Shown here piece by piece: positions 37,123 to 47,257 of a stretch of 64,000 nt of DNA (position 1 is the stretch's first letter; each line of letters opens with the position of its first letter). The translations under genes were made by a program, and so were the position numbers. This DNA is from a virus. The stretch lies in the IMG/VR virus record IMGVR_UViG_3300009425_000015, positions 1 to 64,000 of that record. One strand, written 5' to 3'. The notes beneath the pieces were generated by a model. The model was not told the origin of the DNA. It searched no databases and worked only from the letters and a program-made list of their open reading frames with translations.

Positions 37123-37450
37123 TAAATGTCCTTTTCTTTTCCCGTTTATCTGATAGTTCTACTATTTGGAAGGATAAGCCTTTTGCGAAGGCTACCCATT
37201 CCACCCTTGTACTAAATTCTCTTTCCAACAACACAATGCTCTTCTTAGTTAACGCGTTATATCCCTGCCCCACATTCTTACCTCCGATTTCCGCTGATGC
37301 CTGCTTAAGCAATGTCGGCATTGCAGTTACCTGGAAGATATATAAGAAACCACTTTTTTCTTCCTTTCTCCAAGCGTATGCTTCTATACCACCTTTCATC
37401 GTTTTTTGTCCTCCATTCTTTGCCTTAAAACCCGTTGGGCTTCGTCCCAA
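37106..37450 (-). CDS. hypothetical protein (true start probably 37399)
   Basis: ATGA-coupled MKGGIEAY. Confidence 0.5.
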   Translation of the reverse strand: MGRSPTGFKAKNGGQKTMKGGIEAYAWRKEEKSGFLYIFQVTAMPTLLKQASAEIGGKNVGQGYNALTKKSIVLLEREFSTRVEWVAFAKGLSFQIVELSDKREKKRTFNERKR

Positions 37451-37779
37451 TTAGTATACTGAACAAACTTATGAAAATATCTTGGCATAGAGCCTATTAA
37501 GTTAATTATAACTCCGTCGCGCCACAGTGCTAAAGTTGCTGCGTCTTTCTTGCGGAGAAGCTTCAATGCCTCTTTGCTAGCGCCCTCGGCTTTCAGCTGC
37601 TTATACTTGATTTTGAAAGACATTTCAATGTCCGTACTTGCCGCACGTAACATATTAAGTGTCAGTGTGTCTAGGCGTGTGAACAGAATATATCCGTTCC
37701 CTAACGCTAGCACATAGGTTATCACCTTGTAAAAAAGTGCCCCTCCAAAAAACCACATCAATGATTCGTAAAAATCCAT
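37396..37779 (-). CDS. membrane-anchored hypothetical protein
   Basis: N-terminal TM; promoter TTGACA-16-TATAAT at 37787-37814. Confidence 0.65.
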   Translation of the reverse strand: MDFYESLMWFFGGALFYKVITYVLALGNGYILFTRLDTLTLNMLRAASTDIEMSFKIKYKQLKAEGASKEALKLLRKKDAATLALWRDGVIINLIGSMPRYFHKFVQYTNWDEAQRVLRQRMEDKKR

Positions 37780-37818
37780 ATTACTTATTATACCAAATTT
37801 ATCAGATATGTCAACAAA

Positions 37819-37852
37819 AAAGTCCCCATTATAAATTTATAATGGGGACTTT
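37819..37852. terminator. 34-bp perfect palindrome, probable terminator
   Basis: AAAGTCCCCATTATAAA|TTTATAATGGGGACTTT followed by a T-run on the minus strand. Confidence 0.75.
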
Positions 37853-37879
37853 GACATAAGCAAGAAAATGTCTAATTCG

Positions 37880-38428
37880 CTATTTCTTCATTCGCTCACG
37901 AACGATTCTAGAAGTAACTCTTTTCATGACTTCGTTAACTAAATTATCAAAGCCTTCCTCTTCCATAAGCTCGTCTTCTGGTTCTTCGCCGGGTAGAGCC
38001 TCAGGAGCCTCAGGAGCCTCAGCCTCGGGCCCGGGCTCAAATTCTTCTTCTTCGTCTTCTGGCGCTTCTTCGCCTTCTGGTGCTTCTTCGCCTTCTGGCG
38101 CTTCGACTCCAGCTGCCTGCAATTTCTTACCCAAGCTCACTAGTATCGCTGCTTCTTCATCAGTAAGCTCCATGTCTCCTTCTTCGTCAGGACCACCTGG
38201 ATCTTCAACTGGAACATCGTCCATCGGATCCTCTTCCTCTTCCTCTCCTGCCGGATCACCTTGCATAGGTTCTTCGCCTGGCGGAGGGGCGCCCATGGGG
38301 TCTTCTCGCTCTTCCTCCTCCTCTTCTGTCACAAAATTTTCTTTTATAAAAGAATTGCTAGGAGCGCCTATCGAGGCTAACTTCATAAAACGTCTTATTG
38401 TGTTTTCTTGTAAAATTTTCTTGCTCAT
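37880..38428 (-). CDS. Glu/Pro-rich late protein (scaffold or internal-protein-like)
   Basis: ILQENTIRRFMKLA N-terminus; EAPEGE repeats; ACTATTTA upstream. Confidence 0.7.
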   Translation of the reverse strand: MSKKILQENTIRRFMKLASIGAPSNSFIKENFVTEEEEEEREDPMGAPPPGEEPMQGDPAGEEEEEDPMDDVPVEDPGGPDEEGDMELTDEEAAILVSLGKKLQAAGVEAPEGEEAPEGEEAPEDEEEEFEPGPEAEAPEAPEALPGEEPEDELMEEEGFDNLVNEVMKRVTSRIVRERMKK

Positions 38429-38496
38429 TTGATTTCTCCCTTGTAAGTTTAAACTCTATCAAAGCTATTAGCATGCTATGTCTCTACTAAATAGTT

Positions 38497-38754
38497 CTAA
38501 TTTTCATAAAAACCTTCTTTATTTTTCCAAGATTTTCTCTTCCTCAACTTCTCTAAGGCTTGCTGTTCTATCTGCCTAACTCTGACAAAACTAACCCCGA
38601 TTCTTTCACCTACCTGCTCAAGCGTCATATTACCATGCCTGTAAACAGATATTAACGAACAGTTGAAATCTTCTGCGAAATCCATCCAGTGGCGACACTC
38701 TGATTTATCGCACACATAATCCTTGTCTATACACTCTTTTGAACATTGTTTCAC
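38497..38754 (-). CDS. sigma70 region-4 HTH protein with a Cys-rich N-terminus
   Basis: MTLEQVGERIGVSFVRVRQIEQQALEKLR. Confidence 0.85.
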   Translation of the reverse strand: MKQCSKECIDKDYVCDKSECRHWMDFAEDFNCSLISVYRHGNMTLEQVGERIGVSFVRVRQIEQQALEKLRKRKSWKNKEGFYEN

Positions 38755-39101
38755 TCAATCATCTCCTTTGCTATCATATCAAACAGTCCTTGCTTTTCTT
38801 CTGGAGAGAGATCGAAAATACCAAATAATTCCTCTCCCTCTCTTATTGCCCTTCTGGATTTTGCAATCCTTCTCTTACCATGCCTCCCCAACTCATACTT
38901 ATACTCTGTTAAGTAGTCAATTATCCTCTCATCGTTATTTAGGTATCCAGTTATCATCCTCTGAAAAAACTGAATTTGCGTAATGCCATCATGTCTAAGT
39001 CTTATTCTTAAATCGCCATGGCGCTTATCATCGTCGACGAACGTTATCGTTTTTCCCTCTTTCCCATATCGATATTCTTTCTTCTCCTTGTTATCTGACA
39101 T
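38751..39101 (-). CDS. hypothetical protein
   Basis: Coupled ORF. Confidence 0.7.
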   Translation of the reverse strand: MSDNKEKKEYRYGKEGKTITFVDDDKRHGDLRIRLRHDGITQIQFFQRMITGYLNNDERIIDYLTEYKYELGRHGKRRIAKSRRAIREGEELFGIFDLSPEEKQGLFDMIAKEMIE

Positions 39102-40155
39102 TTAAAATATGTGTTCCACTCTCCAGCTGAGATGCCGAAGTCTGCAAGATAAACTGGGAATTTTCCCTTAGCTCTTCCACATCCCTTGCGCCACTATAAG
39201 AAAATCCGCTTCGTACGTTGTTCGCGATGTCTTCTAGTATAAAAGATGCCGAGCCTTTATAGGGTATCGTAGTAGAAACACCCTCTAGAGAGCTAGCAAA
39301 GCCCCTCCAGTCCTCTTGAGCTTCGCGGCTTGCCATTCCCCTGTACGCCTTGTAAGACTTGCCTGAGGACTCAGTAAACACCTCTCCTGGGGCTTCTAGC
39401 GTTCCCGCTAGCATCGAACCCAACATAACGAAATCTGCACCGGCGGCGATGGCCTTAACAATATCCCCTGACGACTTGATTCCCCCATCAGCGATAATAG
39501 GCTTTGGAGTAAAATTATATTTTTCGCCCGAATGAAAGTGATTCAGCGCAGCCATTCGTGCCATGCGACATGCGAGTATCGACTGGAAGGTACTCATGCC
39601 GTGGCCTGTTTGAATTCTTGTGGAACATATGCTCCCTCCGCCGATGCCGACGCGGACGGCATCGGCGCCCCACCGGCACAAATCGACATATCCGGTGTCG
39701 GTTGCTATGTTTCCAGCTATAATCGAGACGTCTTCACCGAAAATGTCTTTGAGAGTCTTTATCGCTCTCTCGACATTTGTGTGATGGCCGTGGGCAACAT
39801 CAATGCAAATAATATCTGCACCACTTGCTACAAGTTCTTGTGCTCGAACTTTATAATTATCTGTCACGCCCACTGCTGCAGCAACATTCTCCACCCCAGC
39901 TGCCTTGGCAGCGTTAACGATTTTAGCTTGAGCTTGAATATAGTTATAACGATGAAGTATTCCAAACCCTCCTGCCTTTCCTAAAGCGGATATCATCTCC
40001 AGCTCCGTTACAGTATCCATGGGACTAGAAACAATAGGCAGACTAAACTTTACGCCATTCAACTCTGATCCTATGTCTATTTCCTTTCGGCTTTCAATGT
40101 CGCTCTTTTTTGGGACTAATAGCACATCGTCGAACGATAAGGTGTCACTAAACAT
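39091..40155 (-). CDS. guaB: IMP dehydrogenase / GMP reductase family enzyme (no CBS domain)
   Basis: [36 protein letters not shown]; guaB versus guaC not resolved. Confidence 0.88.
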   Translation of the reverse strand: MFSDTLSFDDVLLVPKKSDIESRKEIDIGSELNGVKFSLPIVSSPMDTVTELEMISALGKAGGFGILHRYNYIQAQAKIVNAAKAAGVENVAAAVGVTDNYKVRAQELVASGADIICIDVAHGHHTNVERAIKTLKDIFGEDVSIIAGNIATDTGYVDLCRWGADAVRVGIGGGSICSTRIQTGHGMSTFQSILACRMARMAALNHFHSGEKYNFTPKPIIADGGIKSSGDIVKAIAAGADFVMLGSMLAGTLEAPGEVFTESSGKSYKAYRGMASREAQEDWRGFASSLEGVSTTIPYKGSASFILEDIANNVRSGFSYSGARDVEELRENSQFILQTSASQLESGTHILNVR

Positions 40156-40423
40156 TTCCCGCCTCCACGTCTTTTTGAATTTCCATTAGCATCTCAGTTG
40201 CTCGCGTCCAGCACTCTGGACAATACAAATTTACCTTATTTTGCTTTTCTCTCACAACAACCCTCCATGAAGAAACCTGCTCCTTGTCAGACTTATCAAA
40301 TTTGGCGGAGCAGGACAAACACTCTTCAGACAGTTTACCCATTAAGGAAACTTTCTCTTCCAAATCTTTCCCTGCCACCTTCTTCTTATTTCTATTAATT
40401 TTTCTTATTGCCGAAGACATCAA
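40148..40423 (-). CDS. Zn-ribbon hypothetical protein
   Basis: CLSC...CPEC. Confidence 0.7.
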   Translation of the reverse strand: MMSSAIRKINRNKKKVAGKDLEEKVSLMGKLSEECLSCSAKFDKSDKEQVSSWRVVVREKQNKVNLYCPECWTRATEMLMEIQKDVEAGNV

Positions 40424-40869
40424 AAGTCCCCCGTCGAGCCGAGTGCTCCGGATCCGCGAGTGGTGCTGGACTCATACACACTATCCTCCTGTATCTCTTC
40501 AAACTCTGCTGCAGCGATAGGAACAAGGACGGCTTGTGCAACCTTCTCGCCGGGAAGAATAGTTTGTCTGAGCGCCCCGATGTTATGCAGGTTCACAAAC
40601 ACTTCACCATTGTAGCCGCTGTCGACAACACAGGCACCGACAACCAAAGATCTCTTGAATGCCACTCCTGACTTGTTTTTGATTTCGAGCATATATCCGG
40701 CTGGTACGCCAATCTTCAACCCAGTTGGGATTAGTTCACTTTCGTTCTCATAAACGACAAGCGGATCCTCCGCCTCTGGACAATAAAAGATGTCTGCTCC
40801 TGCATCTGTCGGGTGTGCCCTGACGGGCAGTTTCGCATTTTCTCTAACCTTGAATACTTTGAGTTTCAT
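40420..40869 (-). CDS. dut: trimeric dUTPase
   Basis: AGAD, KSG, VDSGYNGE, RGSGALGSTG. Confidence 0.95.
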   Translation of the reverse strand: MKLKVFKVRENAKLPVRAHPTDAGADIFYCPEAEDPLVVYENESELIPTGLKIGVPAGYMLEIKNKSGVAFKRSLVVGACVVDSGYNGEVFVNLHNIGALRQTILPGEKVAQAVLVPIAAAEFEEIQEDSVYESSTTRGSGALGSTGDF

Positions 40870-40872
40870 TTT

Positions 40873-41691
40873 CTATCTCCTTTTTCCCATAAATACACAC
40901 CCATCTACAATCTTTCTAGAATGATATATGTCGTCCTGACTACTCAACACTTCGCGAACACAGTCAACGGTGGAATGTATGACGGATGATGCTTCGAAAT
41001 CAAACTTTCCAAAGTAATCAGACAAGAACAAGCTAGCAATATTATCCCTGACTCTAGAAGATTTCATCACCCTTCTCATTTCCTTATCCACTTCAGGCTC
41101 CCGGTGTACTAACCTCAGTGCTTCGCCTTGAAGTATATTGTTTGGAGCACTCACCTGCTCAAGACGCTGTCGGCGAGCGTCGGCCACGATGACATTTTTT
41201 GCCAAATTAAAAACTTTCATAAAATCTAAGATTTTCTCAGTTATATGGCCCTGCATGCTACCATCGTCTAGAGATGCTATAGCCGAATTGAAAACTTCTC
41301 GATGCATCGAACACCGGAAGTTATCGAAGAAATCAGCAACCTCAGACACAACCATCCTCTCCTCGGCAGCTGCAAATCTTTGTGCAGCGGACAAAGGAAT
41401 ATCTCCATTTTTTATCAGATACTTTACCTCTCTTGCTAGCCTCATAGTGCCGGAATGGCCATAAAATTTATCCCAATTCTCGAAAATCTCTTGAAAGTTC
41501 TCCTCCGTCAACTCAACTTCAGGACTCAAGTAACTCAAGCGCCCACTTGAATATTCTTCTTTAAATTTATTCTTGGCAGCATTTTCAATTTGCTCGTCCG
41601 TTGCAACACTGCACCATTTCAAATATTTGCTTGTATAAACTTCAACTTTCCCATTGAGCTTCTTGCTCACCTTCGACTGTTTTATTTTCAT
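40873..41691 (-). CDS. hypothetical protein
   Basis: AAGGAG RBS before MKIKQSK. Confidence 0.7.
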   Translation of the reverse strand: MKIKQSKVSKKLNGKVEVYTSKYLKWCSVATDEQIENAAKNKFKEEYSSGRLSYLSPEVELTEENFQEIFENWDKFYGHSGTMRLAREVKYLIKNGDIPLSAAQRFAAAEERMVVSEVADFFDNFRCSMHREVFNSAIASLDDGSMQGHITEKILDFMKVFNLAKNVIVADARRQRLEQVSAPNNILQGEALRLVHREPEVDKEMRRVMKSSRVRDNIASLFLSDYFGKFDFEASSVIHSTVDCVREVLSSQDDIYHSRKIVDGCVFMGKRR

Positions 41692-41927
41692 TAGCTGTCT
41701 CCTTTTTGACAAATTATCTCTGATTCTGTTTCTATCCACACCTTCGCACCACAAGAGAGTGGCTTATCCGGTGAGTAAACGACCTTGCAAGGGCCGTCTA
41801 TGTAAACCTCATAACAGTATGTGTTGCTCTTGTATGTCTTCACAGTTATCACCGGCTCTCTCGCATTGTCGGGCAACTTAGAGTTCGCCCTTATCTTATG
41901 TTGATTTACGTGGATTCTCTTTTTCAT
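41691..41927 (-). CDS. conserved phage hypothetical protein
   Basis: IHVNQH...PVITVK...PLSCGAKVWIET. Confidence 0.75.
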   Translation of the reverse strand: MKKRIHVNQHKIRANSKLPDNAREPVITVKTYKSNTYCYEVYIDGPCKVVYSPDKPLSCGAKVWIETESEIICQKGDS

Positions 41928-44900
41928 GCTAACATCCGAAATGCCCTTCCAATGCTTCTCGTTGAGAAGCCCCATTGAGCGTCCCATTCAAGCTTTGCCA
42001 TGTACGGACGATTGACTCTAACAATATCCTTATCTGGACGAACACCCCAACACTTAATCGTGTTTGCCTCGTTGTTGCTATCGATAACCCGAATTAAATA
42101 ATAGTCCTTGCCATTTCGTGTCTTCTTTTTTATTACTTCTCGTGGTACAAACCAAACAACTCCGGCAGATAGCTGGGCATCATACTCAGAAATAGGTGGA
42201 ATGTAATTCTTTTCCAGACTACTCCTAATGTGATCTGATAACACCAAACCAAAAGGAAATACTCCGGTTAAATCTACAAGGTACTGTATCTCTTCCTCTT
42301 CTGAAAAGTTTCCCTCTGGTGCATACTTTACAATGTTTTCTAGCAAGTTTTTCTCCTTGCGAGGCCTATCGACGGCGATAGCACTCCAAAAATGCTTTGT
42401 ACCCTTAAACCTAGCGTCCATGAGCGGGGTAAGTGCCCCGGAGCGTGCCAGCACATCCAACGCTTTCTTGTTCAACTTTGAGTATACAATACCCTCGTTA
42501 AAGAGGAAGTCCTCTATCTTATGAAACGGGCGATTTTCAATAATCTGCTCAATAGCCTTCTCTCCCAAGCCCTTAATCGAAGTTAGCGGCTGTATCAAAG
42601 TCTTGCCGTCTTCCGATATCTCCCATACAGAACCAGAGGTGTTAATGTTTAGAGGTTCAATGCTGAAGCCGTGAGCTTTCGCAACATTGATTGCCTTTTC
42701 CTTCCTTGTTTCTGGCTCTTTATCTAAGAATGCAGCCATCCATTCGGCGGGATAGTAATTCATTAACCAGGCACACTGGAAAGACAGTACGCAATATGAC
42801 ACGGCATGAGATTTGTTAAACCCATAGCCTGAAAAATACTCAAAAGTGTCCCAAAGCTCTTTCGCTTGCCGCTTCTCAAGCCCCTTCTCCAGGCAGCCGT
42901 CTAGAAACTTGGAATATATCTTGTCCTTTTGCTCCTGTACTTCTCCTGTACCTTTTTTTGTCAAAAGCTTTCTGAGCTTATTTCCCTCATCTAGAGATAA
43001 ATCCTTCCCCAGGCGATGCGCTAGCATAGCAATCTGCTCTTGAAAAATGAGGAACCCAAAAGTTTCCTCCGTCACCTCCCTAACGATATCACTAACGTAT
43101 TCCACCTCTTCTGGCGTGTTTTTCGCAGCTATGAATTTCTTATCCACGCCGGCGCCGAGAGGGCCGGGGCGGTATATCGAGGTGATTGCTGCCAATTCGA
43201 TAATGTTATTCGGGGTAGCTCTCTTACAAAAAGACTGGGCTCCGCTTTCAGTAAACTGAAATATACCTGCCCACTTACCTCCATGAAAAATATTATCCCA
43301 CACCTGCTTATCGTTTAAATCGATTGCTTCTGGGTGCAGGAATTTATTATAAAAAGCCTTGACGTCTTCGAAAGTTGGGCTCTCAACTCCCTTATGCCTC
43401 TTTAGTACATGCCTCACCGCACCTTCTATCATCCGAAGAGAAGCAAGTCCCAGTATATCAAATTTAATAAAACCCATTGGTTCCAAATGTCGTACATTTT
43501 GTCCCTCACTCCATGGCGTCTGGCGGACGCCTCCGCTGTTTATCATTGGCATCCATTCGTCTAAGTTCTCACCGATAACAACTCCGCCAGCGTGTCGGCT
43601 TGCCGATCTAACCTGCCCGTATAAAGCCTCGACGTGGGTTTTAATTTTCGGATATTTTACTAAGAAATTTTTTAAAGTATCCGAAAACTCCATCACCTCT
43701 TCAAACGTTGGAGCGTATACCCCCGCTGTGATGCCATGCTTTTTTTTCGCCAAAGGAGTTGCTTCAAAAAGCATCTTCCCAGTGACATTGTTAACCTCAG
43801 AGAACGGCACTTCATAAAATTTTGAAATATCCTTAATCAAAGATCGCAATTGCAAAGTATTCCAATTAGTAATTGGGACTACAGTATCATCCCCCCACTC
43901 GTTAATCAACTCTTCTTTCAAGTCCATCGGAGAGCTTACATCATAATCGATGTCTGGATATCCCGTACCGCCCTTTGTCAAGAACCGTTCGAACTGGAGT
44001 CCGTACTTGATCGGATCCACTTGTGTTATTCCTAAAGCGTAAGAGACTAACGCACCCGCTGCAGAGCCTCTGCCAGCGCCGACGAGCTGGTTCTTTGTAG
44101 CCCTATCCGCAATTGCTTTCATCGTTAGAAAGTACTTACTGAACCCTCTACTATCTATAACTTCTATCTCCATGTCTAACCGATTAATATACTCTTCCTT
44201 TTCTCCAAACCCTAGGAGCCTTGCACCCTCCATACACAACTTAGCTAGAGCATCAGTTGCGCTAAGACCTTCTGGTACCACAAAGTCAGGGAGGCGCACT
44301 GTATTGTCAGGGAAAAAGGATTCAATTCTTTCATGCGCAATTCGATGAGACTCCGTGATAGAGTCCATAACTACACTGTCGTCGTACTCGACGTCGCATG
44401 ACTTAGAGTATTTCTTGTAAGATTCCCACATCTCGTCACCGTTTTTTGGATACAGCTCGTAACCTACGTCGGCGACGTCTAGTGGTAATTCCATGTTCAT
44501 CCATTCGGGAGTGCTTCTGCCTAGCCATGCCAGACGTTTGTATAATTCTCTGTCTTTCCAAACATCCGAATTCGGATAATGGCTATCTGCAGTTGAGAGC
44601 AAGGGTACCCCAAACTCGTGATGCATCTGAACAATATACTGGTTCAAAGTGTGCTGTTCCGGTACGTTGTTCCACTGCAGTTCTCCGTACCATCTATCAC
44701 CAAAAATTGACTGCATCTTTTGAGTGGTTGCTCTCATCGAATCAAGAACTGAGTCAGCGCCGTCATCTCGGTTCTCCCAATAATTCCCGGCATAAACACC
44801 ACCGAGACAAGCAGAAGATGCAATTACTCCTGTATTGTACCTCTTAAGCATTGCATAATCCACTCGTGGGTATCTGAAGAAATGATCACCTCGATAGGAT

Positions 44901-45367
44901 GTAGATATCATCTTGAAGATATTCTTGAGGCCCTCTGGGTTCTGCGCCAGCAAGATGAGATGGCGTCGGCGGTTCAAAGTAGAACTAATTTTCTTTTTAG
45001 ATTCTTCATTTTCGACTGTAGTACCACTCTGTACAGCCTCCTTCTTTCCTCTTTTCTTTTCCTTCTTGGCTGCCTCGTATTCCTCTTTCCAATTAGCGAT
45101 GGATGGGATGAAGTACACCTCACAACCATAAATAGGCTTGAAGCTCTTCCCCTCTGACTGCATCTTCTTAGCATGCAAAACCTGATATGCCAATCCGTTG
45201 GCGTTCCCATGATCTGTCAAAGCAAGAGCATCCATTCCGTTTTGATAAGCGAAATCCATATGCTCCTGCGGATACCCCAAAGCGTCAAAGATGCTTCCCG
45301 CTACCGAGTGGGCATGTAAGCCTACAAAAGGAATGCTGGGCTTCTTTCTAGTTTCTAATTTCTGCAA
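41924..45367 (-). CDS. dnaE: DNA polymerase III alpha subunit
   Basis: PHP domain (LHAHS, LTDHG, DSHY), GRGSAAG, PDIDYD, KFDILGL, GFNKSH. Confidence 0.96.
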   Translation of the reverse strand: MQKLETRKKPSIPFVGLHAHSVAGSIFDALGYPQEHMDFAYQNGMDALALTDHGNANGLAYQVLHAKKMQSEGKSFKPIYGCEVYFIPSIANWKEEYEAAKKEKKRGKKEAVQSGTTVENEESKKKISSTLNRRRHLILLAQNPEGLKNIFKMISTSYRGDHFFRYPRVDYAMLKRYNTGVIASSACLGGVYAGNYWENRDDGADSVLDSMRATTQKMQSIFGDRWYGELQWNNVPEQHTLNQYIVQMHHEFGVPLLSTADSHYPNSDVWKDRELYKRLAWLGRSTPEWMNMELPLDVADVGYELYPKNGDEMWESYKKYSKSCDVEYDDSVVMDSITESHRIAHERIESFFPDNTVRLPDFVVPEGLSATDALAKLCMEGARLLGFGEKEEYINRLDMEIEVIDSRGFSKYFLTMKAIADRATKNQLVGAGRGSAAGALVSYALGITQVDPIKYGLQFERFLTKGGTGYPDIDYDVSSPMDLKEELINEWGDDTVVPITNWNTLQLRSLIKDISKFYEVPFSEVNNVTGKMLFEATPLAKKKHGITAGVYAPTFEEVMEFSDTLKNFLVKYPKIKTHVEALYGQVRSASRHAGGVVIGENLDEWMPMINSGGVRQTPWSEGQNVRHLEPMGFIKFDILGLASLRMIEGAVRHVLKRHKGVESPTFEDVKAFYNKFLHPEAIDLNDKQVWDNIFHGGKWAGIFQFTESGAQSFCKRATPNNIIELAAITSIYRPGPLGAGVDKKFIAAKNTPEEVEYVSDIVREVTEETFGFLIFQEQIAMLAHRLGKDLSLDEGNKLRKLLTKKGTGEVQEQKDKIYSKFLDGCLEKGLEKRQAKELWDTFEYFSGYGFNKSHAVSYCVLSFQCAWLMNYYPAEWMAAFLDKEPETRKEKAINVAKAHGFSIEPLNINTSGSVWEISEDGKTLIQPLTSIKGLGEKAIEQIIENRPFHKIEDFLFNEGIVYSKLNKKALDVLARSGALTPLMDARFKGTKHFWSAIAVDRPRKEKNLLENIVKYAPEGNFSEEEEIQYLVDLTGVFPFGLVLSDHIRSSLEKNYIPPISEYDAQLSAGVVWFVPREVIKKKTRNGKDYYLIRVIDSNNEANTIKCWGVRPDKDIVRVNRPYMAKLEWDAQWGFSTRSIGRAFRMLA

Positions 45368-45572
45368 TTACATTCTCCAATTCTTCTACGATTGTATTTA
45401 GTTCTTCTACTAATTCTTCTCTCACTGGAGTTGCAGTCTTGTATCCAGCCTCATACACATGGTACAAGAGGCTCTGCTCGTCATGAGTTAACTTATGAAA
45501 TGCATATGGCATTTTAGCAAACTCCTTGATATGGCATGGAATTTCATTGTACAAATCTCTAACTTCTTTCAT
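45348..45572 (-). CDS. hypothetical protein
   Basis: Coupled ORF. Confidence 0.6.
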   Translation of the reverse strand: MKEVRDLYNEIPCHIKEFAKMPYAFHKLTHDEQSLLYHVYEAGYKTATPVREELVEELNTIVEELENVIAEIRN

Positions 45573-46453
45573 CTCTTTTCCCTTTCAAACAATACTTTAC
45601 TATATTCATGGTAACTAAACATTTTAGAATGCGGCTTTTTGATAGTCTGACTATGCGGGGAAGAAAGGAAGTTAACATATCTTTCCCACCCATCTATCGG
45701 ATAATACCAATCCAAGTCTTTCACACTTGATTCATTTATTATAGCACAATCAAATATTTCGTCAAGCAAAAAATGCTTAGAACTCCATCTTTTTTTTCTG
45801 TCCAAGGCACTTGAGCCTCCGGTGCACTTATCTTTTACATTCCACAAATATTTGTTATATTCTTGCGCATCCATAGTAAACCCTAAATATTCCCCATCCC
45901 GGATAGTCTTGCCGTTGTGAGACAAGAAAAAAGGCTTGGGGGAAGATATTCGTTTTCGCTCCCCCTTCACGCATGCCGGATCATACACCCCATATGGGAA
46001 AGAGATATAATATCTGTTTGGAGTGAGCCACTTACTTATCTTGCCGGAAACAATAAATGCAGTTAAAGCTCCATGTAGAACGCCCCAGCCATAACTATCT
46101 CTGCGCTCTCTGTCTTTCGGGTGTATCGGTGTATAGAATATTGGTATTTGTCTCCTGTGTTCGGAGGGAAACTTGACAAAATTGTGTTTAGCTAAAAAGT
46201 ACGGATCCTCGATGAAATCACCCATCCTCTTTTTTATTAGGCGCTGCATGTTGTCGTTGCATACAACCCAAATAGTTTCGCATCCGGCATATGCACATTC
46301 AACGACTGAGCGTTCTACTGCTAGATAATCCAAAGCTATTGGCTGAAGGGAGTCGTGCCAAGGAAATCCAAAGTCTAGCGGTGGGCCTGCCGTGGGGATG
46401 ACACCTGCCAAGTGATAATTCCGAGCGCTAATTCCTGCATGCTCATCCATCAC
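45569..46453 (-). CDS. sugar-nucleotidyltransferase-like protein (degenerate)
   Basis: GVIPTAG...LQPI...AGCETIWVV. Confidence 0.55.
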   Translation of the reverse strand: MMDEHAGISARNYHLAGVIPTAGPPLDFGFPWHDSLQPIALDYLAVERSVVECAYAGCETIWVVCNDNMQRLIKKRMGDFIEDPYFLAKHNFVKFPSEHRRQIPIFYTPIHPKDRERRDSYGWGVLHGALTAFIVSGKISKWLTPNRYYISFPYGVYDPACVKGERKRISSPKPFFLSHNGKTIRDGEYLGFTMDAQEYNKYLWNVKDKCTGGSSALDRKKRWSSKHFLLDEIFDCAIINESSVKDLDWYYPIDGWERYVNFLSSPHSQTIKKPHSKMFSYHEYSKVLFEREKR

Positions 46454-46471
46454 TGACTAGTCCCCCACATG

Positions 46472-47257
46472 CTAGTGGCGCACTTCAGAGGACTTCATAT
46501 ACCTAACACAGTCAGTATCCTCATAGCGCGTACGAGTTAATAACTCTACGACTCTTCTTTTGGGCTCGAGCTTTATATTTGATATCCTCTGTCTGTCCTT
46601 GGCATCAAACCCCTTCTTTGCGCCTGTGATGCCGGCGGCTACCATCATCTTCTGTACCTTAAACTTCACCATAGTGTCTGAATATTCAAATTGATTAATT
46701 TCCTCTTCTCCCATATAGGAGACTGATACACAGTCTTTCTTATTGTGGTTCCCATCAACTCTTGAAGATGGATAAAAATAAACCGTCTTAACAAAGTCGT
46801 CATCTCCGTCGAGTTCGTCAACATGGTGGTTGCTTCCAACTCTAACGTCTATCCAGTCAATTACTCTAAACTTGGCTTCTCTATCATCCAAAACAACATT
46901 ATTTTCCGAAGTCACAAAGTCATCTTCGAATATAAAACATTTCTTAAATTCGACACCAACCAAGAACGAATCACGTACAGAGACAAGCATTCTATTTCCC
47001 GTAATGTTTACTTTCGCATCCCCAGAGCCGAAAGGCACTAGACCCTTCATACCATGACTAAAGAGCATCGCAGACCACAGCTCCTCAGCACGGGAAAGAC
47101 TCTCAGTGTTGTCGACAACCTCCGTTACCATGTCAAAAGCGAATGGGGCTCTGTCTGAATTCAATATAATCGGATACTCGTTATGGTAGGCGTACTGTAC
47201 AGCGCTAAGACTATAGCCAATCACCACGTTCTCAAATCCATAAACGTGTTTATTCAT
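46472..47257 (-). CDS. hypothetical protein with a degenerate Rossmann-like N-terminus
   Basis: VVIGYSLSAV. Confidence 0.6.
   Translation of the reverse strand: MNKHVYGFENVVIGYSLSAVQYAYHNEYPIILNSDRAPFAFDMVTEVVDNTESLSRAEELWSAMLFSHGMKGLVPFGSGDAKVNITGNRMLVSVRDSFLVGVEFKKCFIFEDDFVTSENNVVLDDREAKFRVIDWIDVRVGSNHHVDELDGDDDFVKTVYFYPSSRVDGNHNKKDCVSVSYMGEEEINQFEYSDTMVKFKVQKMMVAAGITGAKKGFDAKDRQRISNIKLEPKRRVVELLTRTRYEDTDCVRYMKSSEVRH

Noticed and set aside
37980-38110. Short tandem DNA repeats (e.g. CTTCTTCGCCTTCTGG)
   Set aside because: They are explained by EAPEGE low-complexity protein repeats.
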